Below, in pieces: positions 20,202 to 29,525 of a stretch of 64,000 bases of DNA. Source of the stretch: a virus (lineage: Duplodnaviria; Heunggongvirae; Uroviricota; Caudoviricetes); the IMG/VR virus record IMGVR_UViG_3300042295_001370, positions 69,673 to 133,672 of that record. One strand, 5' to 3'. The notes under the pieces are model-generated. The model had not been told where the DNA came from and did no database searches. It saw only the letters and a program-made list of their open reading frames with translations. Position 1 is the first letter of the stretch; every line of letters begins with the position of its first letter. The position numbers and the translations under genes are program-made.

Positions 20202-20918
20202 TTAGGCAGCTCGCTTAGCCTTACTTGGTTTCTTAAGAGTAGGCACAACCGGAAGAGGGTCAGCTGCTATCTCCACAGGTGCTGCTATCTCCACAGGTGC
20301 TGCTGTTGCGGCTGGTTGATTACGTTTTGCGGGCCTAAGACTGGGATCAATCCGGTATGCTTGTTCTCTTTTGCTATGTGCATCTGTTTCCAACATGCGT
20401 GCCATTTCCAAGAGATTGGCAGCCTGTGCTTTTATCTGCCCGGTGTTGTCATTTTCTGAGTTCACAGCATGAACATTGAACTTCCTGAGATCGGCAGCCA
20501 CCATAGCCTTTGTTTCAGGGTCTAGGTCATTAAAGCCTTGTGGAACAGTTTCCTGTGATGCCATTGCTGCAATTACATCAGAGAGAGGCCAACGAACTCC
20601 GCGGCGAGGAACCATTGTGACATTAGATACAGGTGTTTTTTGCAGTCTATTGCTTTGGTGAAACTTAGCTAGCATGTTACTGGAACTGCCATCTGGGCTG
20701 GGACGACGGGCCAAAACGTCAGCAAGATTCTTGGCTTGCTGTCCTTCAGTGCTTTCGACAACCTTCCTGAGAGCCTCATTATACATGTCAGGCAATGCAT
20801 CTGTGTCAATTACTAATGCATGTGCAGGATCTTCTGGCAGTTGCATGAATACAACTACTACATTTTTGCCAGTGTTGTTTAGCTGGCCTGTGTGTCGGTA
20901 CATATTGTCAAACATCAT
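20202..20918 (-). CDS. hypothetical protein with C-terminal (A)APVEIA tandem repeats
   Basis: 238-aa ORF. The repeats are encoded by the 18-bp tandem DNA repeat at 20264-20317. Confidence 0.5.
   Translation of the reverse strand: MMFDNMYRHTGQLNNTGKNVVVVFMQLPEDPAHALVIDTDALPDMYNEALRKVVESTEGQQAKNLADVLARRPSPDGSSSNMLAKFHQSNRLQKTPVSNVTMVPRRGVRWPLSDVIAAMASQETVPQGFNDLDPETKAMVAADLRKFNVHAVNSENDNTGQIKAQAANLLEMARMLETDAHSKREQAYRIDPSLRPAKRNQPAATAAPVEIAAPVEIAADPLPVVPTLKKPSKAKRAA
20264..20317. repeat. 18-bp tandem repeat (gctgctatctccacaggt), about 3 copies
   Basis: Seen directly in the sequence. It is in frame within the CDS and encodes APVEIA units. Confidence 0.6.
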
Positions 20919-20926
20919 TGTGCTCC

Positions 20927-21178
20927 TTAAATGCCGGTTGGTTTAGTGTTTTTGCCTTCTTCAGCCACACCAACAAAGCCTTGAATCTTGTCGTATAAAG
21001 CTGCAACAGAACTCAATTCAGGTCCTCGAAAAGCACCTCGTTGGGTGCACAAATCAATAAGGACTAAAACATTTTTTAAATCAGTAATGGTTATTTCTGC
21101 TGCTCCAGAGGCAGATGTGGGAGGCATTGTTGCCTCTGTTGTTTCACTCATTGGTATTCTCCTATAGGGGTGTATCAC
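20927..21178 (-). CDS. small hypothetical protein
   Basis: 83-aa ORF abutting the HNH gene. Confidence 0.3.
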   Translation of the reverse strand: MIHPYRRIPMSETTEATMPPTSASGAAEITITDLKNVLVLIDLCTQRGAFRGPELSSVAALYDKIQGFVGVAEEGKNTKPTGI

Positions 21179-21759
21179 TATGTGTGTTTTGATGCAACCG
21201 TGTCAATATTTTTGTAAGGCTCTCGTACTGAAACCAAACTGGGTGTCCACCCAATGTAAGGCAGCCAGTTGCTGTTGGGCACAACAACTGGCTGTCTTTT
21301 AACTTTGCTTATAATTTCACCAATACTGGGTCTGTAAGGTAAGATTTGTGGATGTATATCTAATCGATGTCCTTTTCGGGTGTTGCATCTAGAACAAGCC
21401 ATTGAAACGTTAGTCCAGGTTGTTTTGCCTCCACAGCATCGTGGAATAACGTGCTCAATAGTAAGGCTTTTCAGCTCAAATATTTGATTACAATACTGAC
21501 AAGTATAGTTGTCTCGTATACACAAATTTTGTTTATTGAACTTCACAGTCCTACTGCTCTTAACATAGGTTTTTGAAACAACAACACTGGGCACTTGCAT
21601 AGTTACGCTGGGGCTATGAACAAACCAATCGTCATACTGCTCTATTACATTAACTTGAGAAAGATAAATCAGCTTGATAGCTTCTTTCCAATTGAGTGTG
21701 CTCAACGGAGCTACACCTAAAGGACTGTAATCAGCATTGAGTACCAGAGTGGCATTCAT
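21178..21759 (-). CDS. HNH endonuclease
   Basis: CQYCNQ...EHVIPRCCGGKTTWTNVSMACSRCNTRKG is a classic HNH/Zn-finger core. Confidence 0.75.
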   Translation of the reverse strand: MNATLVLNADYSPLGVAPLSTLNWKEAIKLIYLSQVNVIEQYDDWFVHSPSVTMQVPSVVVSKTYVKSSRTVKFNKQNLCIRDNYTCQYCNQIFELKSLTIEHVIPRCCGGKTTWTNVSMACSRCNTRKGHRLDIHPQILPYRPSIGEIISKVKRQPVVVPNSNWLPYIGWTPSLVSVREPYKNIDTVASKHT

Positions 21760-21787
21760 AACACACCTTTTTTAACTGCTATGATAT

Positions 21788-23020
21788 TTAAGTGTCAAAA
21801 TAGTAAGGCAAAACTTCTTTGCTATGTTGATCAACAAAAAGTGCACCCAAACGACCGCCTTTGCTGCTACCACAATCTGTAACAAATGCCCGGCCGCCAC
21901 AAGAATTTGCTTTTTCCACAACGTTGTAACTGACACGATCAAGCCAATCATGCCCTACAACAACAGTATGATCAGCAGGTATGTTTTGAACCCAATTCCA
22001 GATACGGTTTGGATATCCATCATTCTTGGTCGGTGAAACAGTGTCTACCTCACCAAAATAGGCCATATTTGCACAAACACCTTGCAATCTGCGATCCTTG
22101 TTGGCCCACATGGCAGGTGTTGCTGCACCATGAGTAAACAAAAATTTTCCCACTGTTAGGTGGTTAAAACTCCAGTTTCTTAGTGCTGTCCAAGCTGCAA
22201 GAAACTTCTTTTTCCGCAAGTCATTCAAACTGTTGATTTCTCTTATAGTAGATAGATTTGACTCGCTAAGTTTGCCATTAAAGGTTTCACCCAAGTCGCT
22301 CCTAATCCAGCGATCAATTTTTCTTTCGTGATTTCCCCAAATCATAAGTGCTTGCCCGTCTCGAACAGTGTCATATGCAAGTTTCAAACATTTGAGATTA
22401 TTGGCGCCATAGTCCACAATATCTCCCAGCCACACTAGCTTTGCGTGTAACTGTTGTGCCATTTGCACTGCCTGCTGCATAGCTGGAAAATTGCCATGAA
22501 CATCGCCTACTGCTAAAATCCTTGCACTCTGCAATTCATTTGGAAATCCAACAGTGGTTTCGTCACCACACAGCACAACAGCTCGTTTATTATCGCCCTG
22601 TAACACCTGTGTGCGAGCATTTTTCCATATACTATAGCTTTTTCTCAAAGAGTCAAAGTCATAACAAGAACCAGAGTTTTGCTGTATTGTGCCCCATTCA
22701 AGGTCAAAAGGTTTGTAATAGACTTCCACACCATACTTTTCGGCAATATCAAGAAAAGTAAATCTGTCCTTGTCTTTTAGATTAGTGGAATCAACTACTG
22801 CACGTTGCCCGTTGGCGATACGAATATCAACTCTACGATAGAGTTCGTGCCAAATATTTGGCAAAATATCCACTGTTGAATTGTTGCCTGTCAACTCTTT
22901 CTTGATTGAAGAAAGGCTTATGATTTCATCAGCGTCAAACTGGTTTTGGGCCCATGTGCTTTTGCCACTCTTAGTGGGACCAATCAAAACTACTATACTA
23001 TGTAAGGATAACTTTTTCAT
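21788..23020 (-). CDS. polynucleotide kinase-phosphatase-like protein (P-loop kinase + calcineurin-like metallophosphoesterase)
   Basis: N-terminal Walker A (IGPTKSGKST). C-terminal metallophosphatase motifs GDVHGN / GDIVDYG / GNHE. This is the domain pair of bacterial Pnkp-type RNA end-healing enzymes. Confidence 0.55.
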   Translation of the reverse strand: MKKLSLHSIVVLIGPTKSGKSTWAQNQFDADEIISLSSIKKELTGNNSTVDILPNIWHELYRRVDIRIANGQRAVVDSTNLKDKDRFTFLDIAEKYGVEVYYKPFDLEWGTIQQNSGSCYDFDSLRKSYSIWKNARTQVLQGDNKRAVVLCGDETTVGFPNELQSARILAVGDVHGNFPAMQQAVQMAQQLHAKLVWLGDIVDYGANNLKCLKLAYDTVRDGQALMIWGNHERKIDRWIRSDLGETFNGKLSESNLSTIREINSLNDLRKKKFLAAWTALRNWSFNHLTVGKFLFTHGAATPAMWANKDRRLQGVCANMAYFGEVDTVSPTKNDGYPNRIWNWVQNIPADHTVVVGHDWLDRVSYNVVEKANSCGGRAFVTDCGSSKGGRLGALFVDQHSKEVLPYYFDT

Positions 23021-23049
23021 GCTTAACTATAGCATGAAACTTTTGGCTG

Positions 23050-23256
23050 TCAACGGAACCAGTCGGAGAAGTCAAACAAGTTTGTAATTACACCAGCAAA
23101 TCCAGTTACAATAGCCAAAAAACTGACCCCAAACACACCGCTTGAGGTCCATATACATCCATTTAACTGATATGCCCAGCTGGCAAGAAAACCACTAGCA
23201 GCAAAGGCGCACAACGCGCCTACATATGAAAGAAATATTACTGCTATTGTTTTCAT
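23050..23256 (-). CDS. small membrane protein (2 predicted TM helices)
   Basis: Hydrophobic 68-aa core (MKTIAVIFLSYVGALCAFAASGFLASWAY...). The ORF-track version (to 23373) would overlap the AAA gene. Confidence 0.3.
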   Translation of the reverse strand: MKTIAVIFLSYVGALCAFAASGFLASWAYQLNGCIWTSSGVFGVSFLAIVTGFAGVITNLFDFSDWFR

Positions 23257-23302
23257 TGCCTGCCTTGGTAATAGTTCCTTATTTATAGATTTCCTATGAT
23301 TT

Positions 23303-24403
23303 TCAAACCCGGAAACCAAATCCCATTGTAGGCGTAACTTCTGCTGTGGCAATATCGCGATTGAAAACTTCACTTAGTGTCCAATGCTCCTTACCTTTCC
23401 AGTTTTGCTGGGGTTCACCAGCAGACTCAGCAGCAAGGGCAGCCTCATTTGGACTCATGTTGCGGAACTCCACTGCACTGTAGCAACGCCCCTTGCGTAG
23501 CAAAGCTGGGTCCACCTTGTTTAGTTGGCTAATATTGGTAGTGAACACCATCTTCTTGCTGGCCACCTTCACAATGCCATCACTGACATTCAAGAACTTG
23601 CTCATGATCTTGTTCTGTTCACTTTCTCGATTGCTCAGCAGCAGGTCAGCATCCTCGATGATCATGATGTTGTGCTCATCATCAGCCAAAAAGTCAATGA
23701 AAAAGCGATCATCACGCAGGATGTCTTCATCGTAGCTGACGATCGCATTCATGCGCCGGCTACAAATGAGATGCTTGAGAAAGCTGGTTTTGCCAGTTCC
23801 AGGTGGCCCATAGAGGAGTAGCACTGTGCCTGTGCTAGTCAGGTAATCTTCAATGAAGGCATCAACACCTTGTGTGAACCAAGGATAAAAGCTGTTTTGA
23901 ATCTGGTTGTCCTGATCAACGTAGAGGCTGCGATAGTCCACCGAAGAACCATCCTTGTAATACCACGTGATTTTGGTAAAAGTGCGATCTTGGAACGTGT
24001 CTTCCACAGCAGTCAGCAGCTGGTTAACCCGGTCTGGAGTTCCATATGCCTCGATGCTGGCACGGTTCACACGAACGCTGCCTTCATCATACCCCCAACT
24101 GCGTCGGCTGTTTGCACTGCGCTGCTCACCAATAATGAACATACTGCTATTCTGGATCATCCAGTAGTCAGGATCTACTTGCACAAACTGCCAAGTGCCC
24201 TCTGCCTCAGGAAAAGTCTTGTTTAGGAGGCTTTCCATACCAGTGAACACGTCTACGATGTTGCGGCGCATTTCCAGCTTCACAGCTCGACACACTACCA
24301 TTGTCGCGCCGGTTTGCTGGCTGAGAAACTCCAACCGCATCCGGCTACACAGCCCATGGCCAAAATGATCTTCTCGAATGCCAAAATCTACATTTTCAAA
24401 CAT
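23303..24403 (-). CDS. AAA+ ATPase (classic AAA clade, BCS1-like architecture)
   Basis: Walker A LLYGPPGTGKTS, Walker B IIEDAD, and a second region of homology ALLRKGRC, after an approximately 190-aa N-terminal domain. Confidence 0.7.
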   Translation of the reverse strand: MFENVDFGIREDHFGHGLCSRMRLEFLSQQTGATMVVCRAVKLEMRRNIVDVFTGMESLLNKTFPEAEGTWQFVQVDPDYWMIQNSSMFIIGEQRSANSRRSWGYDEGSVRVNRASIEAYGTPDRVNQLLTAVEDTFQDRTFTKITWYYKDGSSVDYRSLYVDQDNQIQNSFYPWFTQGVDAFIEDYLTSTGTVLLLYGPPGTGKTSFLKHLICSRRMNAIVSYDEDILRDDRFFIDFLADDEHNIMIIEDADLLLSNRESEQNKIMSKFLNVSDGIVKVASKKMVFTTNISQLNKVDPALLRKGRCYSAVEFRNMSPNEAALAAESAGEPQQNWKGKEHWTLSEVFNRDIATAEVTPTMGFGFRV

Positions 24404-24431
24404 GATGCTTCCTGAGTGCAGTGTTGTCTTG

Positions 24432-24668
24432 TTATACGCGAATTGTTTTTTCAGTCAAGCTTTTGATCAACAGACGCAAACTTTCATAGCGTTGATACTC
24501 GTCCTTGAGATCACTGTGCTGGCTGCGCAGGAAGGTTTCCTGCCACAGCTCGTGCAAAGTCAGTGCCACCTCAGAGAAGTTGTCAATAGGCAGTTTAACG
24601 TTTATTACGCCAGTAGACTTGTCAGCCTCAGCTTCTCGTACATCATATGTGTCGTAAAACCAAATCAT
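24432..24668 (-). CDS. hypothetical protein
   Basis: Short ORF trimmed to an internal Met to avoid overlapping the aldolase gene. Confidence 0.25.
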   Translation of the reverse strand: MIWFYDTYDVREAEADKSTGVINVKLPIDNFSEVALTLHELWQETFLRSQHSDLKDEYQRYESLRLLIKSLTEKTIRV

Positions 24669-24711
24669 GGCCTCGTGGATTTGACCAAGGGGTAGTGAGT
24701 TGAGGTCATGC

Positions 24712-25368
24712 TCAACGGGTTTGGTCACGCATTCCTCCAGCAGCCAACACAATCTCACACACATGGTTCAATCTCTCGATGTGACCATAGGCTGACCAAG
24801 GATCCACATCCACTGCTACTACGCCATGCATGTGCAACCCAATTATGTGGCTATTGATGCCTCCATCAGGTTGCACATCAAAAGCTTGGGCAACAGCTGA
24901 GCCAAGATCTGTGCTTTGCGCTTGTACTTTGCCCACAGTTGGGCCTACAGTTGTGTGGTTCTCAAGCTCAGGAAAATCACGTACAATCTGTTGTAGATCC
25001 ATACCAGCATACATTGCAGCCACAATGTGAGTGGGATGAAGATGCAACACAACACGATTTGAAGTAGGCGTGTTAACTTGTAGCCAATAGTGGAAGGGCA
25101 GTTCACCACTGGGACGCAAGCCAATGATTCGCTGTTGGTAAAGGTCATCAGCACGAGTCATCCTGCTCCATGCATCTGAACTCATCCGGTCTTCAGGAAA
25201 ATACAGCTTGATCATGCTCTCGCTGGTGAGAACCTGTTTGCGAACTCCTGTTGGTGTAATATACATGCAGTTTTGTACTGCTCGTCGCATGCTTACATTT
25301 CCGTCTCTTGTGGTGATCCAACCTCTCTCGTAGGCTGTGCGCATCACATCTGCCATAGTATCTAACAT
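24712..25368 (-). CDS. class II aldolase/adducin-family protein
   Basis: Motifs RDGNVSMR, ITPTGV, HLHPTHIVA and HMHGVVAVD match the FucA/AraD/MtnB fold. Confidence 0.6.
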   Translation of the reverse strand: MLDTMADVMRTAYERGWITTRDGNVSMRRAVQNCMYITPTGVRKQVLTSESMIKLYFPEDRMSSDAWSRMTRADDLYQQRIIGLRPSGELPFHYWLQVNTPTSNRVVLHLHPTHIVAAMYAGMDLQQIVRDFPELENHTTVGPTVGKVQAQSTDLGSAVAQAFDVQPDGGINSHIIGLHMHGVVAVDVDPWSAYGHIERLNHVCEIVLAAGGMRDQTR

Positions 25369-25383
25369 AATTTTCCTTTCAAT

Positions 25384-25680
25384 TTAAATTTTTGAGAACA
25401 CCAAATAGGTCTCAAATGCATCATCTCTGTTGGTGAACCAGTATTCCTGATACACATAGGTGCAGATGCTGCCTCGTTTCCAAAGGCTGTTGGGCGTCTC
25501 TCTCTTCTGGTTGAAGATTTTTGTCCAATATTCGTGATCGTCGATGCCAAATCTCTCAATTAGCCAATTGACTACTTGGGGTTCGTGGCCGTTGGTGCTG
25601 TTGGGCAACCGCACTACCCAGCTGGTAACACCTCCCATAGGAAATTCAAAAATACAGCAGGTATTAAGGTCGTTTGGCAA
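25384..25680 (-). CDS. Trp-rich small protein, divergent LTW-family-like
   Basis: The C-terminal ...YWFTNRDDAFETYLVF resembles ...WFTNKDDLIWFGLVWES of the ORF at 47508..47708. Confidence 0.3.
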   Translation of the reverse strand: MPNDLNTCCIFEFPMGGVTSWVVRLPNSTNGHEPQVVNWLIERFGIDDHEYWTKIFNQKRETPNSLWKRGSICTYVYQEYWFTNRDDAFETYLVFSKI

Positions 25681-25942
25681 AGACAGGCCTGTTGGTCAAA
25701 CGGTCACGCACTTTCTGGGCAACTTTGTCTGCGCCTGTTGCTTCACTACACCTGCGCCATGTTTCCACAACCCAAGGTTCAAAAGGCGCACTCCAATTGG
25801 TTTTCCTACTTGCATAGTCTTCAGCATGACGATCTCTGTCCTTGCTTGTGAGAAACACCTGCTGACCCGGCATGAAATCACAGTTACAGGGTATTTGGCC
25901 CGATAGACAAACCTTTGTGCAGTTATCAAACCAACCCATCAA
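25664..25942 (-). CDS. hypothetical protein
   Basis: 92-aa ORF. Confidence 0.3.
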   Translation of the reverse strand: MMGWFDNCTKVCLSGQIPCNCDFMPGQQVFLTSKDRDRHAEDYASRKTNWSAPFEPWVVETWRRCSEATGADKVAQKVRDRLTNRPVFAKRP

Positions 25943-26262
25943 CTTAACTTCCTGTAAAACACCTCATATACCTCATATTCAAAACCAGGATTACTCTGTT
26001 GCACACGAGACAAGGTCAGCATTGCATCCTCTATTGTGCCACGATGCACTTCACTGTGCAAGTGATAGATGCAGAGATTGTTGGGCTCTTGAGTATCCCA
26101 AGGACGTGCAATCACATAATTGATGACTTCGTCACTCATGGTCGTAATCATGGCACTCGCCAATTGGGCTACCAAAATATTCAGTGCTCTGTGTATCTCG
26201 CCAGAGACGAGCGAACTCTGTTGCATCTTGCTCATTGCTGAATCCCGAATAGGGATCAACAA
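25939..26262 (-). CDS. hypothetical protein
   Basis: 107-aa ORF. Confidence 0.3.
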   Translation of the reverse strand: MLIPIRDSAMSKMQQSSLVSGEIHRALNILVAQLASAMITTMSDEVINYVIARPWDTQEPNNLCIYHLHSEVHRGTIEDAMLTLSRVQQSNPGFEYEVYEVFYRKLS

Positions 26263-26503
26263 GAGTGTGTATAGCCATTGTCTTTCCCACAGTCACAGCC
26301 CAATAGCGAAACTTGGACTCACCAGTTTGGTTCAGTGTGATTTCAACACTGGTGATCTCCTTGTGCCGGGCACTGATCTCAAGAGTTTCTTCTCGCCGAG
26401 AATACTCCTTGCACTCATGCGTGATGGTGACCAGCTCGCTTCGACGGAGCACACGCGGGCTCCAGAAACGGTAGCCTGGCTTGAATGGCACCTGAATTCG
26501 CAT
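26132..26503 (-). CDS. hypothetical protein
   Basis: 123-aa ORF preceded by a promoter-like element and an AAGGAG Shine-Dalgarno sequence. Confidence 0.4.
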   Translation of the reverse strand: MRIQVPFKPGYRFWSPRVLRRSELVTITHECKEYSRREETLEISARHKEITSVEITLNQTGESKFRYWAVTVGKTMAIHTLVDPYSGFSNEQDATEFARLWRDTQSTEYFGSPIGECHDYDHE

Positions 26504-26522
26504 AGTAGTCTCCTTTTGTAAT

Positions 26523-26553
26523 ATTATAGTAACGGATTGTTGTTGTGTGTCAA
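26523..26553 (-). promoter_or_regulatory. sigma70-like promoter (GTTGACA ... TATAAT) with AAGGAG ribosome-binding site
   Basis: Reverse complement reads cGTTGACAcacaacaacaatccgttacTATAATattacaaaaggagactactATG. Confidence 0.4.
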
Positions 26554-26792
26554 CGTTGCTGACGCTTGTTCTTGATCACATACGGAAAGCGCCACAGTGC
26601 CATAAGCCCCACATGAGATAGAGGAACATAGGAGTGCCTGAGAAAAGTATAACCCAATAGATGTCCCGGGCGAATGCAACCGCTTGGGGCGTGAGAAACA
26701 ACAGGAACTTTGTAGGGGTGCACGTAATGTCCACTTAAGCTATCATACCATTGATTTTGTTGATAAATTTTCTGCAAAACCATACGAATCAC
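26550..26792 (-). CDS. hypothetical protein
   Basis: 80-aa ORF. Confidence 0.25.
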   Translation of the reverse strand: MIRMVLQKIYQQNQWYDSLSGHYVHPYKVPVVSHAPSGCIRPGHLLGYTFLRHSYVPLSHVGLMALWRFPYVIKNKRQQR

Positions 26793-26817
26793 CTGTTCCT
26801 TCCTTCTTGTGAAACGT

Positions 26818-27084
26818 TCAACACCATGTGAGTTGAAACTGTGTCAATTGCTCCTGACTAGAGAAACAGTACCAATACACCTGCCGGTGGTTATCATATG
26901 TGTGAGTCCAATCTACCAACCAGCAGCCAATGTTTTGCTTGCACCAGTTGGTTCGAAGCCACAAATCCACCACTGTGACCTTGCATGCGACTGCGTAGGG
27001 AAACCCCATCACATCATCTGCCCAGTCAACTGGTTGGTGATTCAACAAATGTGCCTCCCTAGTCTGCGCAGCCTGCTGACTCAT
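26818..27084 (-). CDS. LTW-family small protein (paralog)
   Basis: Ends ...LTQFQLTWC. Confidence 0.4.
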   Translation of the reverse strand: MSQQAAQTREAHLLNHQPVDWADDVMGFPYAVACKVTVVDLWLRTNWCKQNIGCWLVDWTHTYDNHRQVYWYCFSSQEQLTQFQLTWC

Positions 27085-27368
27085 GGATACCTATCGATGC
27101 TGTAGAAGGGCAGTCCCTGCAAAATCCTCTCCACATCTTTGCCACGACGCAGCAATTCCTGTGCTACTGCGTCAAGATAGATATGGTAACAGGTGAGATG
27201 ATGCCGAGCTGTAAAACTGTAGCGTAGCAGTGCCACCATCTCTACTTCTGTTTGAAGTGTAGGCTGCATATTGCTCAAGATGCTGTCTATCTCTGTGAAA
27301 CTCTCCTCGCCCATCAGCCGGAAAATTTCCGATGCAAGAGTTTTCAAATGCTGATATTCACTGCTCAT
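27081..27368 (-). CDS. hypothetical protein
   Basis: 95-aa ORF. Confidence 0.3.
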   Translation of the reverse strand: MSSEYQHLKTLASEIFRLMGEESFTEIDSILSNMQPTLQTEVEMVALLRYSFTARHHLTCYHIYLDAVAQELLRRGKDVERILQGLPFYSIDRYP

Positions 27369-27372
27369 TGGC

Positions 27373-27681
27373 TTACTCCCAGGTTAGTTGCCATTGCGTG
27401 ACACGCTCTTCGCCACGTATCACAAGTGTGAGTTGAGCTTGCCCAGTGAGCTTTTGCCACCATGTTTCACCAACCTCTGGCGGACCCCATGCGTTTTGGC
27501 ACCACTCCAGCATTGTGGCATTATCTCGGCTTTTGTAGAAGTCAAGGTAATAGCAGTCTTCGGTGGTGGCGATTTTGTGAATCAGTGCAATGTAGCTTTG
27601 TTGCATCACCCACTTTCCAGACCTCTTTGTGACCCGCATGTAGTGCCCAATGCGGCTATTAGGAAAAGCTATGTCAATCAA
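27373..27681 (-). CDS. LTW-family small protein (paralog)
   Basis: Ends ...TQWQLTWE. Confidence 0.4.
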   Translation of the reverse strand: MIDIAFPNSRIGHYMRVTKRSGKWVMQQSYIALIHKIATTEDCYYLDFYKSRDNATMLEWCQNAWGPPEVGETWWQKLTGQAQLTLVIRGEERVTQWQLTWE

Positions 27682-28106
27682 GTCTCAAGCTCCAAATACT
27701 GGCGCCAAGGCAAAGGAAAACTGCAATTTACTGCGCCACGGAACAATGGTGCAATGTCGTGGTCTTGGTAACCAGCTAGGCCACAGCCCACTCGGGTGAC
27801 CCAATAACCACTATTCATAACAAACGGGCTTTGTGTGAGTCGCACAAATTCATCAATATAGAGTTTGATCTCATCCAAAGCTAGGGTGTGGATTCGACGG
27901 TCCTTGGTGGGAATGGCATAGCTTTGATTGAGAGGTTGCCAGCCATGGCCGCAACCATACAGGGCACCAAATTTAGCGGCAGCCTCCCGGGCCGCTCCGG
28001 CACCGTGAATGCCAGCGAGATTGCTGCCAAAAACAAATACACGCGAGCCAGGAACTGGGCTGGTTCCATCCTCGTGCCAAACAGTTTTGGGATTATTGGT
28101 GTTCAT
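27678..28106 (-). CDS. hypothetical protein with Gly-rich Rossmann-like loop
   Basis: VFVFGSNLAGIHGAGAAREAAAKFGA loosely resembles the strand-GS-x3-G-x3-A loops of DprA/LOG-type (SLOG) Rossmann folds. Family not assigned. Confidence 0.35.
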   Translation of the reverse strand: MNTNNPKTVWHEDGTSPVPGSRVFVFGSNLAGIHGAGAAREAAAKFGALYGCGHGWQPLNQSYAIPTKDRRIHTLALDEIKLYIDEFVRLTQSPFVMNSGYWVTRVGCGLAGYQDHDIAPLFRGAVNCSFPLPWRQYLELET

Positions 28107-28267
28107 TTTTTGTTTTCCACTGCCTACAAAACAATTGAGATTGTGCTGCCCAATTCACCAAAAAATCAGGGCAAGAAGATAGATTGGTATGTTGTAAACA
28201 TCCTTGCTGATAGCGTGCCAGCAGAATCTCACAACACCATATATCTGAGTCGTATTTCATACTGCAA

Positions 28268-28525
28268 CTATACGCTTGTTGGGTGCCAAGTCAAGCGGAA
28301 AAACTCTGCTGTGCAAGGATCTCGAAACCTAAAACAGTGAACGGTATCTCCCCACCATCCATGAGTCCAAGCCCAATCCTCGTTTTCTCGGCCACCATGC
28401 TGTCTTAGCCAGGCTCGAAGTATTTCAGCCTCAGAGACTTCCATGTTGTCAAACACAACCGGATAAGGGTAGAGAGGATCCTTCTCCTTTTCCAAAAAGC
28501 GGGCCACTCTACGTGTTATGACCAA
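28268..28525 (-). CDS. LTW-family small protein (paralog)
   Basis: Ends ...AEFFRLTWHPTSV. Confidence 0.4.
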   Translation of the reverse strand: MVITRRVARFLEKEKDPLYPYPVVFDNMEVSEAEILRAWLRQHGGRENEDWAWTHGWWGDTVHCFRFRDPCTAEFFRLTWHPTSV

Positions 28526-28743
28526 GAGACCACAAACGCTGTGAGATCACTTTCGTTACTGAACAGTATTGTTCCCCTAAAACTGAAAAAATGTGCTCCC
28601 TCAGTGTGTTCTCTTACCCAACGTCGAATGGGTCTGTCTAACCATTGGTCATTTTCATCAATTGGTGGCCATTCACTATCGTCCAGCATGACTTCGGCAT
28701 ACCATCCACCGCCGGGCAAGCACTTGGTAACAATCATGTCCAC
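28516..28743 (-). CDS. LTW-family small protein (divergent paralog)
   Basis: Ends ...LTAFVVSWS. Confidence 0.3.
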   Translation of the reverse strand: MDMIVTKCLPGGGWYAEVMLDDSEWPPIDENDQWLDRPIRRWVREHTEGAHFFSFRGTILFSNESDLTAFVVSWS

Positions 28744-28946
28744 GTTAACATAAACTGCATGAGACCTTCTTGATGCTTGAAATCAATACCCAAGGGGTCA
28801 TGCGACCAATCGCTCAAAGGAAGATTTTTCCAGCACCATATGATCATTTGTGTGCGAGATTCTCCATAGTTCATAACTCTCGGGTCTTCGGGCAGATCCC
28901 GATATTCCACACGATGCAGGAAACTGAACTTGGGTATTATGTCCAT
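28734..28946 (-). CDS. LTW-family small protein (paralog)
   Basis: Ends ...GLMQFMLTWT. Confidence 0.4.
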   Translation of the reverse strand: MDIIPKFSFLHRVEYRDLPEDPRVMNYGESRTQMIIWCWKNLPLSDWSHDPLGIDFKHQEGLMQFMLTWT

Positions 28947-29272
28947 GTGAGCTCAAACTCCACAGCCATCTCTTTGTCCCGGAACATGCAACCACCAGTG
29001 AAGAGATAGTAACCACCATCTGGGTAATGTTCCAAGAGCCATGGCGTCACTGCGCCTTTTGTCCAGACGCTGTGAGCAGTGAGGGGTACAAGATACCATC
29101 CTTGGACTCGATATATTTCGGCTAAAATTTCACTGTTGATCTCTTCCTGGATAAGTTGCTCGATCTCATCGCTCACAGTGTGTTTCAATGTTTGTGGTTT
29201 TTCCATTGTCCAAGTTGCGCTCAACTTACGCACAGGGGCAAGGACAGTTTGTTTGGTGATTTTTATTTCCAT
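28937..29272 (-). CDS. LTW-family small protein (paralog)
   Basis: Ends ...EMAVEFELTWT. Confidence 0.4.
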   Translation of the reverse strand: MEIKITKQTVLAPVRKLSATWTMEKPQTLKHTVSDEIEQLIQEEINSEILAEIYRVQGWYLVPLTAHSVWTKGAVTPWLLEHYPDGGYYLFTGGCMFRDKEMAVEFELTWT

Positions 29273-29273
29273 G

Positions 29274-29525
29274 CTATCCCCACGTCAAGGTAAACAACAG
29301 GGCATCTTCTTGGCGTTTGAAGTCCCATGTGTTGTAGCGAAACTGCTCACATTTGCCAGAGGTGTTTTCTGCCAGCCAGTCGTCAATCTTTGACACAGTT
29401 GATGGCATGCCCGTCAGTAACTCACGCCAAGGATTGGGTACATTGGGCAACACCACGCGGTGCCATCCTCGGCGGGGTTTGATCCGTTGTGGCGTCTTAT
29501 TTCTGCGTGCCATCTGCACCTGCAT
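29274..29525 (-). CDS. LTW-family small protein (paralog)
   Basis: Ends ...EDALLFTLTWG. Confidence 0.4.
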   Translation of the reverse strand: MQVQMARRNKTPQRIKPRRGWHRVVLPNVPNPWRELLTGMPSTVSKIDDWLAENTSGKCEQFRYNTWDFKRQEDALLFTLTWG

